NCBI GenBank assembly: GCA_034780895.1
Contig: JAUZTB010000062.1
Location: forward strand, 16,992,978 to 17,056,977
Direction: 5' to 3'
Length of the DNA: 64,000 nt
Source of the DNA: Rhynchobatus australiae
Lineage: Eukaryota
Under the pieces are notes generated by a model that worked only from the letters and a program-made list of their open reading frames with translations, was not told the DNA's origin and searched no databases. Position numbers and translations under genes: made by a program. This document shows, in pieces, positions 24,776 through 36,420 of the stretch; position 1 is the stretch's first letter, and every line of letters begins with the position of its first letter.

Positions 24776-26407
24776 TTAGTGTCTGAATTATCTGGCTGTC
24801 AACTCAGACAGGGCTTAGAATTGAGATAGTTGAGGACATGGCATCAATGGAGAACAAATGTAGTTTGGGGGTGGGTAAGAGGACAGATTTAAAGGAACAT
24901 CGAGAGGATTGTATGGACATGGAAGTTGAGCTTCATGATGATGCATGTACTTTTCTATGAGTTTGCTAATTTCCAACTAAAAACTATATATTATAACTCA
25001 ATTTGAATCTGGTTATAAAATTAAATTACATAATTACAAATCACCTTCTGGCAAGTACCAAGTGTTGCCCTTGTGTCCATAGTTATCTGTTCTCATGTTC
25101 ACACCCAGTGACTATGAATTGAAAATGGAAATCTGCTAAGTTTTTGCTGAAAACACAAGGTGGACGTGATGCTGATCTCAAGCGGCTCTGCATATTGAAA
25201 GACTGTTCAAATGGCTCTTTGTTAAATTGAATTGTCCATTTGATGTGTTCTACTAAGAAGGTGATTGGAGGAGTGTGTGACCGGGCGGCAAACAAGATAC
25301 CACTTTGACAGAGGTCAACAGGTCCTTATTCCACAACTGCAATATCATTATCCTGAGCAAACACTTCAGTGTGTTACTGTTCTGCATATGTACACCTTGT
25401 AGGAGTGGAGTGACTCACGGGAAGCTCTTATCCCAGCTGTTCTTGGCAACTTCAGTGGAACTTAATGCACAACCAGCATTTGATACTCTCCTATACTTCA
25501 GTGCATGTTTGTGTAAGTTTACCCTTGAAGAACTGAGCGTACAATGTGGTATGACTTTTGAAACGTTGTTATACTAGCCCATGCCTTTAGCTGAGAGTTA
25601 TCTGCCTTCAATAAAGGATGGTTTTTTGGTAGGTCTGCTTCTGTTGTTTCCTTTAGAAACCATTTACACCAAAGAGCCTACAGACAATACATATATGTGC
25701 AGTGCAAAGAATCAAAGACAAATTTCTTCATCATATTCAGTGCAAAATGTGACATTATCATGCTTTTTTGTTCAAATGCAATCCACATAATTTGAATCTC
25801 TGTATTTTCTAGGGTAAACAAGAACAGCTTCGTCATATCATTGTCAGGAAACTGCCAATTTGAGCAGATTGCTCACAGACAGAATTCCTTTTGGGACACA
25901 AATCTCCATTGGCTGCTTCAGGTATAATTCATTGCTATCATATTCAAATAAATTTTGGCATGAATTTGCCATGGGGGATTAGGGAGAACAATCGTCCATT
26001 TCATTATGTGCATGGCCAGATTCTCCATTCTATTCAATTCCAGGCTGCAAACTGCTGATCAAAATTGAACTCTTTCATTTATCTTTCTTTGGTTTTGATG
26101 TAGAAATTCACATTTTAAAATAGGTATTAATATTTTCATTTTTGATGGTTAAAAAATATAAAATTTCCATGATGGAGCTTTCTTTCCTGATAATAATGCT
26201 CCGGTTATCCAGCAGGAACATTGACAAGAATTTATATCTGAACATGAAAAGAACGAAAGGAGGCAAGAACATAAAGCTCATGCAAACTCTTTGTGTATAA
26301 ACCTGAGGTTTGTCTTCTCATGTTCTGTTATGATGAGCTGTTTATACCCAAAATATCTTGGGGAAGAAAGTTGTTTTCTGTTGTATGTACTAAGTGACTG
26401 TGTAGTA

Positions 26408-26665
26408 CAGGTGATCCTTTGCATTATAGGGGAGTTGCATTTGTAGAAAATGGTCTGTTTCAAGAAGCTACAATATCTGTGTATGCATCAAGAATTGTGA
26501 GTTGATAAAAATAAATGTTGTCTATTCATCTATTTATTTATTTATTCACATAAATTTCATTAGAGCAAATATTTGCTTTGTATCCCAGATTTTTTGGTAA
26601 CGTTTTGTGAATTCTGTAAAGGTGGATTTCCATTACCTGAACTACCATAACACAGAGGTAGCCTG
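26408..26665. mobile_element. Possible Tigger-like MITE
   Basis: TA-CAGGtgatcctttgcattata ... ccataacacagaggtagCCTG-TA: imperfect terminal inverted repeats with TA on both sides. Confidence 0.4.
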
Positions 26666-29600
26666 TATTTATTCACTTTGAAACTGCTTTTGAAATTTGA
26701 TTCCTTTGTTCTCTTCTAACCTGCTGAGAATTCCAAGCATTTTGTCCTTTTGCATCTACACCTGGGACTTCCATTTCAATGTATTTTAGGAGGGGGATCA
26801 AAGCTTGGTCTGAGTTATTAAGAAGGGTGGCTATTGTCAGGGCATTGAACATATTTAAGAAGCAGTCAGATACAGCAATGGGAAGATAAGATGGTTGTTA
26901 GTGTAGAAAGATGAGATCAAATGGACTGAAACCTGCCTTCTTTACCCATACTTATATTGTCCTTGTTTTTCAAGAGGAAGTTAAATTATTTTTACTTTTG
27001 TTCTAAATTTGACTTTACATTCATGCTGCAGATTTGGACACTTCACTTCACACTTCCTCAGCTTCTGCATCAGACTCTCACAAAAGGTGACCCTTAACAA
27101 TCAATAGTTCACCTCACTGTCTGCCATATGCCATCTTTGTCTGAAATTCATGGTGGGGTTTGCAGCTTCAAACCAATCAAATTGGTTTTTGTCTGCAGCA
27201 AATGACTAAATCTACAGTAATTTGGTGAATGATATGAGTACTGCTGCCTCGTGTGAGTTCAAGGGCTTTACCATTTCTCCATTGCAGTTCACTGTTGTTC
27301 AGAGCACTTAAAGCTACACCTTTGGTTAACTGAATGGGAGAAAGTTCCTAAGTTTTGCATAGAACCTGAAAACAGTACTGCTGTGGGCAATATGGAAGAT
27401 GTACATCCTGGTAGGAAAATTTCATTCACCACCACTGATTTCCAGGGTAATTGTAATGATGTGGAACTGAAAACTGTTAGAGTCTGAAGGAAGTGCTTGT
27501 TATAAATATACAAATTGACTTCTCACTACCTTGCTATGATTTTGGGCTAATGACTAAGTACAACAGAGAGTACTACTAATGCTTGTGATTAGTTATTATC
27601 ATTAAAGTCACAGCAATCTTCTCTGGCCATCTACAAAAATAGAAAACAACATTTACAAATACTATTCACCAAATGAAGATAAGCCTTTTATTTTTCTATT
27701 GATTTAGCTTGTAAAAGTCATGCAGCCAAAGATGTTAGTGTAAACCATTTTCTTCAGACTTCCATTTTGTGAACTCATTACTCACATTCTTGTAACATTA
27801 GACTATAGACTCATTCTCTGTTGCTAGGAGACGGTAAAACAGAAATTAAGTGAAGGCCTGCAATTTATCTGCACATGGGTAAATCAATGTTGGTTCAACA
27901 ACTTCTTTGATCTTTGCTGTAAGCTACAATTCTTTTAAAAGGTGAAATTTTACATTGACCATTATTCAAATTTAATAAATCACTTAATAAATATTGAAGT
28001 TTGCTCTTAATGTAAAACAGCATCAGGAACAGTTCCAACAATAATTTATTCAACCTGAACTAAATTCTACTGAGTTGGGTTCCTTAGATTTAGTATTGCA
28101 GAACGAATTCAGTCTTGGAGAGTGTCCATAGTGGGGAGATTGTCAACATTACTGATGTATACTGCAGCATCCTAAGACCAATGTGAATTGCTTTACAGAA
28201 TGTGTAGACATGGGACATAAAATGGGCATTAATGTTTTACATCTTCTTTCAAATATGTTTAGTAATTGGGCAACAATGTTTTGAAGTGACAAATTTGCAG
28301 AGGATATGCAGTATAAGCCTACTAATTAGTTTGCACTTGATTTCAGGCATGAATCCTGTGGCAAGTCCAATGGCTGCATCAAATCTGAAGAACCATTGTA
28401 GAATTAGCTCCCTTTCTTCATGAACACCCAGAGGCAGTCGGATAAGGCTATGGACTTTGCATGTGTTGCAGCACTCCCAATACCTAGGGCATTTTTGGCT
28501 ACATCCATGCCATTTTCCCAGTCTCTTCCTTCCTTGTGACCATCTTCACAATTCACAAATGTCTTCTCATTATGGTTGTGAAACTGTTGTAAATCAGAGA
28601 GAATAACAGGATGAGGGGAAATCCAGAACAAAGGATGATTTTAAAATTAAGAATTAAATTCGGAGGCATTTCTTAGGTGAAAGTAGTAGAAATCTGACAC
28701 CCACTCCACCCAAGGATAGTGGCTGCAGGGGTTTTCAAGTTTAGAGAGTTTCAAGGTTGGGTAATATTACCAAGGGATGTAAACAAAAGAAGGTAAATGG
28801 AGGTGCAGTACAGACTAGTCATGCCTGAAGTGAATGGCAGAATAAATTTAAGAATCTAAATAACAAAAGGAAACTTAATTACAAAACTTTGACAAATGAA
28901 TGGGATCCCCCAGCAATTCATATTAATAAGATAACTTGACTGTGGGTTTCGAATCCATATTGCGGACAGATTCTCTTTGTCTCTTAACAATTTAGTATTG
29001 TTTAAAAAATGTACAATTGAACAATACTTAAAAATTGTGTTCAATGACTAGAGATCTTTTCCCTCCATTTGCAGCAGTTTTCATATGAAAAATCATATTA
29101 TAAAATAACCTTTCATTTCATTTGCTTATGCCACCCGGGAGCATTTACATCTGAGCTGTCAAAAGTAATAAAGGCTTTGAGCATTGATATTTCAAAGTTA
29201 ATGTGCAAGTGACATTTTTATCAGGTCTGAATTTGACTGATGTGGATACAATAGCTGTTGCAAAAGGGAGTTGTTTAGTGTGGTTAAGTAACAATGCAGA
29301 TTTAATCCTTTTAGTGTTTGAGTTCTGTAAAGCTTTATTCTTTACATTCTTGTGAGCAGATGTGCTGAGACTTCTAGACTACAAAACTCAGCAAAGAAGA
29401 ATTTCTATGCTGTCATTTAAGTCTGTATAGATGTGTAAGAATGGAAGGAACAAGTTCTCTGTACTTTTAGAAATTTGGCTTTGGTTGCTGTTGCTGCAAG
29501 GATCCTATGGCTTCGGTTCTCTCGCAAAATTTGGTTCCAAATCTTGGCAAGAAAGCAGTGGACAAAAGTGCTTAACTATCAAAGAATATTCACAGGCATT

Positions 29601-29956
29601 TCAATATGACAAATCAGATTAGATTACAGGGACATGGTTATCTGACGTGGGTGATGGTGATGGAAGGAAGGGGTGGAAGGGGATGAGTTCTATCATGATA
29701 TTCCAAGAGTGCGGGCCAAGCTTGACAGGCCATCTGGTCCTTTACTGCTCCCTGCTTTCATATATTTGTTCGAAGTAATTTAAAGTAGATAGCAATCAAA
29801 CATTCTCCTCTCTAAAGAATAATGACTAGTACGCTACATACTTTCCAAATCTGCAAGTACTGATTGTATTGGCCTCTGATGCAACAGCTTGGCATTTCAT
29901 TTCAATCCCTTCACTGCCTTTCACCTCATCTAATTCTGGAAAACTTTCCACAACAG

Positions 29957-30038
29957 TGCTGATGAAAAGCCATCAACTCTGTTTCTCTCTTCGCTGATGC
30001 TGCCTGATCTGCTGGGTATTCCCAGCATTTTCTGTTTA
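29957..30038 (+). mobile_element. Penelope-derived arm with partly deleted hammerhead
   Basis: gCTGATGAaaagccatcaac, GAAAC segment missing, then tctgtttctctct..gatgctgcctgatctgctgggtattcccagcattttctgttt. Confidence 0.55.
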
Positions 30039-31486
30039 CACAACAATCCGCTTTATAACTCAGGAACAATGTGCCTTTATTGAGAAAATCACGTCCGTCT
30101 TTTTATTATGCAAGAACCAGTGATTGGTTATATTTTTGTCCAACGAATTTTCGGCAGATCTGCAGCACAATAACTCAAACATCCTCAAGGTTCTTCCTCC
30201 AAGGTCCGCGCTTTCACATCAGTGTTATGTCATTAGAAACACTGCATGGTTGACCGTTTTACATTTTATCATTTAATTGATTTGACAGCTCAACAGAATG
30301 CCTTGGTGTTGTTAATGTTGTACAGTTTAATCTGTCTAATTAGGCAAACCAAGTAAACAATTTTATACACTTGCTTTGTTTCCAAATTACACAGACACAA
30401 TGAAGGAATTTTAATTTGGCTTTAATTAGCTTCCTGCACTGTATGAGACCACTGGGATTTTAACTGTTGGGTCCCAGTAATTGCTCATTAGTCTACATCA
30501 TAGTGAAATGTCTTCTAGGTAGAGGGGAGTTAGGACAAGGAAGGTGGGTGGGAGTCCAGTGCAGTGGAGACCTAAATTTTTCTTGTGGATTTCAACAGAG
30601 TAATCCTGCCCCTCCTGGCCTGGGAAAAGAAGGGTCTCTTCAACCTCTGGACTTTCACTACACTGGTCTCCAGCTCACAGCAAGGCAGCAGCAATGTCTT
30701 CCATTACAGCCTCATTAAACTTGCTGTTGGCCAGGTGACATCATTAGTTCTTGAATACAATTTGTAAATTTGGACACAGTGATTTTGGAAGGATGGCTTA
30801 AAGACAAATTGGATATAGAAAATACATTTATTTTTTAAAGAAATATATTTATTTGAGACAGAAACAAAAATGCTAGAAATACCCAGTTTAGTATTTAAAG
30901 AAATGGCAATTAATGTTAATTATATCCTTGTGACAGTCTTTAGCGAATCATTTTGAAAAAAGAATAATGTCCATTGTTTGAAAAGTTCCTCACAAAACAT
31001 TATACATTTGGCAACAATTTGGGAAGCAGCAGTCAACTGTCCTTACAGACCCAGTTTAATAAAGTAGCCTGAAAGTGAGGCATTTGAATTGTGAGGAAGT
31101 CACATTGACATTCAGCACTTTCACTGAGCTGCATTTTCACCTTTTAGGTTAACTTATATTTTTATTTCATGGTGATTTAAAACAGGAACTTAATCATGAA
31201 TATTACAAAAGTATCAGAGCATAAAGCCAGAATTAATTTGTTCAGAATTGATATTCTTACTTTGTAGATTTAATAATACTTGTCATACTTTTCATGATTG
31301 AAGTAGTGAATAACAGGCTCATTGTATTATTCCTTTTCGTATGATAATATCACACCTCTGTTTGACGTGAGGTCAGTTTAATTCTTTATTTCCTTCTTCT
31401 AGTTTTTTAGTTGCTTGTTACTGAGGTTGATAGCAATGCCTATTTGCTTTGCTACTTTTCCACACTGGTTTCCTGTCAGGCAAATC

Positions 31487-32075
31487 TAGCCTACAGTAAT
31501 GATCCAGGGACTTGTGTTCAATCCCGACCTTGGNNNNNNNNNNNNNNNNNNNNNNNNNNNNNNNNNNNNNNNNNNNNNNNNNNNNNNNNNNNNNNNNNNN
31601 NNNNNNNNNNNNNNNNNNNNNNNNNNNNNNNNNCTACAGTAATGATCCAGGGACTTGTGTTCAAATTGTGTTGTGACAGATGGGGAATTTAAATTCAGTT
31701 AATTAAATAAAAGTCAGAAATAGTGACTGACCTGGTCTATATATAACTCCAAACCCAGAGCAACAAGGCCAACACCTAAATGACCCTGTGAAACACCAGC
31801 CGATTAGTCGGCTGTACCAAACTGCCACAACAGTGAGAATAAAATGGGACCATCAACCAGCACTGAATTTAGCACCTGATTTGCACATGTCAAGACCGCA
31901 CCCAGTTCTGTCTACCCAACACCGTCCTCCTCGCTAACATCTCAGAACATTTGTTTGAACTGTCCCACACACCATCCAAGCAACAACCTGACATTGCTGT
32001 ACTCACAGAGACATACCTTTCAGGCATTGTCACAGACTCTTCCATCACAGTTCCTGGGTGTGCCTTGTATCAGCA
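31487..32075 (+). mobile_element. 5' region of a CR1/L2-group LINE: SINE-like head followed by APE endonuclease N-terminus
   Basis: B-box-like GTTCAATCCC near 31516; downstream ELSHTPSKQQPDIAVLTETYLSGIVTDSSITVPG matches the APE motif xPDIxxLTETxL...I.IPGY. Confidence 0.6.
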
Positions 32076-32730
32076 GCTCGCCTGTTTCATTGGTGGTGTA
32101 GCTGAGAGAATACATGGCCATGGTAGTCCTCCACACACAAGCCAGAGTGCCATTTTTGGCACTGTGTAGAAACTAAAATGTTGCAATTGTTTCCATCATT
32201 GAATTTAAGCACTTTTCATGGTAATTCAGGCACTACCAATTTTGAGTATTTGCAAAACTCAGGGAGCAAACTCAGTACCTGAAGGACATACTTGAAGCTG
32301 AGTCTCATTAGTACTGAGCAGTAGTCAGTAACAGGCAGCTGATTAACAATGCCAGGGTTTCCTGTGGCCCCAAAAATGTATGCACCCGGATTACCAGGGC
32401 TATAGCTCCAGAGCCAGTCCCTGACCTGGAGGAGAATAACAGATCACAATGCTTAGATCATCCATCACTTGGACCATAATTTCTGTACAGTATGAAGCTT
32501 AATTCAAAAAGGAACTCATATTGGACATTATCTTTAAATATTGATATGTTTTGGGATTTTGCATGCTTCCAAAAATCCTCAGGTGTGGCACTGAGTTTTA
32601 CATTGCATGTAATCAAAGCTCAGTTGCACTCTGTNNNNNNNNNNNNNNNNNNNNNNNNNNNNNNNNNNNNNNNNNNNNNNNNNNNNNNNNNNNNNNNNNN
32701 NNNNNNNNNNNNNNNNNNNNNNNNNNNNNN

Positions 32731-32812
32731 TCTTTGCGATGTGGGAGGAAACCGAAACACCTGGGGGAATCCCGTTGCAGTCACGTGGAGAATGTAAAAA
32801 GCCCACACACAA
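32731..32812 (-). mobile_element. V-SINE central-domain fragment next to a gap
   Basis: tctttgcgatgtgggaggaaaccgaaacacctgggggaatccc...gtcacgtggagaatgt is the reverse complement of the V-domain. Confidence 0.75.
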
Positions 32813-33793
32813 AGTGCCTGCACACACACTTGACGTAGTTGTTATGTCTGCACCTGACTGGATCCTATGGCTTGGGAGATGTCAGGGTCCACGAACCATA
32901 CAAGTTCCCTGACATGGAGTCACCTTGGTCCAGCAGCTGGAACATAAATGCGGGGTCAGAAACAGGCACTCTGAAGAAAGGGAGGGCATGGTTTTTATCC
33001 AGTTGGAAGGCTGGTTGACCCTCCATGATTCTATCATGTAATTATCTAGATGATCTGCTGGATTGTTGATATCTTGTTATAAGTAAGGTTGCAGCTCATC
33101 CCTCATGTGGTCCTCATGTTGTTCACCCAAAGAAGAATGACCTGGACAAGTACAGCTCCACATCATCCCAGCCCAACCAAATGAATAAAGGAAATAACCA
33201 GCAATCATTGCTTGAACTCACAGAAATAATGCATTTGGTTAAGTGTGAGATTCTGATGTACAAAGTGACTGGCACCAAATATTTTAGAGATTTGCACTTT
33301 GATTGAATTATAGTGCTTCAGTTCTGCTGGCTTCTTGAGGAGTAATTGATCTTGGCGATCTCTTAGCTTTTTTGAAATGTTTTTAGTTTTACATTTGCAA
33401 ATCTGGCTGGGATGAATCCTTTCATCCCTCTGCAGTAATACCTTGCTATAATGAATGAGAGTTCACCACTCGACTGAGGTTTTCACTGTTAGATAAGGAA
33501 GGGAATTTATGTTGCTGTAAATGAGGAGTATTTCAGTGTAATCCATGAGATGTAGATCAGGGAACAAACATGCATTACTTTGTATTGCTGGTCAGAATTC
33601 GCACAGTGGTGTTTTTATTTAGATTTTATATATGATTAATTTTGTATAATCCTGTTAATTTTAATTTATAATATATACTATATCCATTTTCTGNNNNNNN
33701 NNNNNNNNNNNNNNNNNNNNNNNNNNNNNNNNNNNNNNNNNNNNNNNNNNNNNNNNNNNNNNNNNNNNNNNNNNNNNNNNNNNNNNNNNNNNN

Positions 33794-34026
33794 TTCTTCA
33801 GCCAGAGGGCGGTGAATCTGTGGAATTCGTTGCCGCAGACGGCTGTGGAGGCCAAGTCACTGGGTGTACTTATGGCAGAGATTGATAGGTTCTTGATTGG
33901 TAAGGGGGTTAAGGGTTATGGGGAGAAGGCGGGGAAAAGGGGATGAAAAAAATCAGCCACGAGTGAATGGCGAAGCAGACTCAATGGGCCGAATGGCCTA
34001 ATTCTGCTCCTGCATCTTATGGTCTC
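33794..34026 (+). mobile_element. Young CR1/HER1-like LINE 3' end
   Basis: FFSQRAVNLWNSLPQTAVEAKSL; CpGs retained; tail gggccgaatggcctaattctgctcctgcatcttatggtct. Confidence 0.9.
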
Positions 34027-34772
34027 TGTAAGTTTCAAACTAGTCATGGAAAGGGTTAAAGTTGGTCCTCAAGTTAAGATCCTACATTGAGGGATGGTTA
34101 ATTTCAATGGCATAAGAGATGAACTGGTGTAAGTTTTTTTTACCAAAATAAACTTTATTCATCATAAAAAACAAACTATACACAACAATAAAGCAGTGCA
34201 AACCTTTACATTCGTGTACGGATCCATCATTAGTGTTACGTTCTTATATAAAAACACAGCACCGATGCCACTCGTGTGGCTCCCTGGGAGCCACCTCAGC
34301 CCCATATTTACAATATTTAAGGGGCTTTCTCACCTGACCCCGCCCCTCCATCTCCAGTGCCAGAAGAACCCTAAACTCTAGTCCTTCCCCACTGAGCCCT
34401 TGCGTTGGCTGCACCCAGCTTCAGTGCGCCCCTCAGCACGTACTCCCGCAGCCTGGAATGTGCCAGTCGGCAGCATTCATGTTCGGACGTCTCGCAGTGC
34501 TAGGAGACCAACAAGGGGAGCAGATGCTGGTGACATCTGACCAGTAGGAGTCTTTTCAAAGAGCATTAGTGAGAGTTCAGGGAAGCATGTCCAGGTAAAG
34601 ATGAAAGGCAAATATGGCAAGATTAGGGAACCTTGGATGACAAAGGGTATTGAAGGATTGATTAGGATAAAAAATGAAACATATGACAGGTATAGGCAAC
34701 TGGAATCAAGTGAGTTGGTTCAGAAGTTTAAGGAAATGGAGTTCAATACAGAAAAATGTGTGGTGATGCATT
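34027..34772 (+). mobile_element. CR1/HER1 ORF2 internal fragment split by a Tx1 insertion
   Basis: SFKLVMERVKVGPQVKILH*GMVNFNGIRDEL before 34134; resumes at 34516 gggagcagatgctgg...MKGKYGKIREPWMTKGIEGLIR, then jumps to MEFNTEKCVVMHFG. Confidence 0.75.
34134..34515 (-). mobile_element. Tx1-clade (L1-like) LINE 3' end
   Basis: Minus: LLVS*HCETSEHECCRLAHSRLREYVLRGALKLGAANARAQWGRTRV* (stop 34371-34373), 3' UTR, AATAAA and oligo-A tail. Confidence 0.8.
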
Positions 34773-35052
34773 TTGGTATTGGTTTATTATTGTCACTTGT
34801 ACCGAAGTACAGTGAAAAGCTTGTCTTACAAACCGATCATACAGGTCAATTCATTACACAGTGCAGTTACATTGAGTTAGTACAGAGTGCATTGATGTAG
34901 TGCAGGTAAAAATAATAACTGTACAGAGTAAAGTGTCACAGCTACAGAGAAAGTGCAGTGCAATAAGGTCAAGGTCACAACAAGGTAGATTGTGAAGTCA
35001 TAGTCCATCTCATTGTATAAGTCAATAGTCTTATCACAGTGGGGTAGAAGCT
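34773..35052 (-). mobile_element. Rex1/Babar-like LINE 3' end
   Basis: Reverse complement of about 6036-6341. Confidence 0.9.
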
Positions 35053-35492
35053 CAACTAATTCTCAATAATTAACTATTTGTTTATGAATAAATGGTTGCT
35101 GTAGAGGAACTGTTCCAGATCCAGGGTTCGGAGCACGTTGACAACCACAACAATAACCAGAGTCTCTTTCAAGAACTGCTTCTCTCTCACAGCCAACATT
35201 TCTTATCATGTATGAATTCAAAATAGATGCCTCATTTATTTATTTTCCATAACGAGCCAGAATTATTTGTTTTTTTTACTGCAATTAACAATGAATGTGA
35301 TATTTTGGAGAATGTGAAGCATGTGGTGGGTTTGGAAATTGGATCTGGTGCTGCACAGAAAGATCCATCATGTATATTCCATGAAGTCTGCAGTTTGCTT
35401 CTGGACTGACGATGAATCTGATTTGTTAATGCATGGAGAAACCGTGGCATGTGCAGTGGCGGTATAGTGGGAATAATTTATAGGCTTATAGT

Positions 35493-36420
35493 CTCATAGA
35501 GTTATACAGCAGGTCCTTTAGCCCAACTTGTCCTTGCAGAGCAAGTTGTCTTACTCAGCCAGTCCCATTTGCCTATGTTTGGCCCACATCCCTCTAAATC
35601 TTTCCCGTCCATGTACCTGTCTAAATGCCTTTGAACTGTTGTAATTGTACCCACCTCTACCACTTCCTCTAGCAGCTTGTTCCACATACCCACCACCTGC
35701 GATGTGCAAAGGTTGCCCCTCAAGTCGCCTTTAAATTTTTCCCCTCTCACCTTTAATCTATGCCCTCTAGTTTTAGACTACTGTGCCCTGGGAAAAAGGT
35801 CTGTGACTATCCACCTTATCTCTGTCCCTCATGACTTTATAAATCTCTGTAAGTTCACTCTTCAATCTCCTGAATTCCAAAGAAAAATGCCCCAGCCTAT
35901 GCAGTCTCTCACTACAACTCAAGCCTTTCAGATGTAGCAACATTCTTGTAAATGTTTTCTGCACCCTTTCCAGCTTAATGACATCCTTTCGATAGCTCAG
36001 TGACCAGAATTGCACACAATACCCCAGGTGTGGTATCACCAATGTTTCGTTACGTCCCAACCCGCATGCTCAATGCCCGATGAAGGCAAGCGGGCTACAT
36101 GCTTTCTTCACCATGCTGTCTACTTGTGTCACCATTTTCAGGGAACCGTATCTCTCTGTTCATCCGACGCTCTCCAGGGACCTGCCATTTACTGTCTAAG
36201 GCCTGCCCTGGTTTAACTTCCCAAAGTGCAAAATTTCATGCGTGTCCGAGTTAAATTCCATCTGACAGTCCTTCGTCCACTTCCCAGTTGTTCTAGATCC
36301 TGTTGTAATTTTAAGTAACCTTCTTCATTGTCCACTGTACCATCAACTTTGATGTCATCTGCAAATTTATTAACTATGCCAATACATTCTCATCTAAATC
36401 ATTTATACTGATGATGAACA
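35493..36420 (-). mobile_element. CR1/HER1-like LINE 3' ~0.9 kb
   Basis: KFADDIK at the 5' side, PHLGYCVQFWSLSYRKDVIKLERVQKTFTRML, RGEKFKGDLRGN, tail WAKGP region. Confidence 0.9.

Noticed and set aside
25813-25921. Possible 109-nt exon (ttttctag ... cag/gtataa) with one open frame VNKNSFVISLSGNCQFEQIAHRQNSFWDTNLHWLLQ
   Set aside because: Peptide not recognised, weak donor and no partner exons; needs RNA-seq
32879-32915. ATGTCAGGG/CCCTGACAT inverted repeat resembling collapsed LTR termini
   Set aside because: Only 9 bp and no matching TSD
34112-34133. Tx1 3' flank (cttacaccagttcatctct on minus) faintly resembles the U2 snRNA target of Keno elements
   Set aside because: Similarity is weak and the flank is fully explained as CR1 ORF2 sequence
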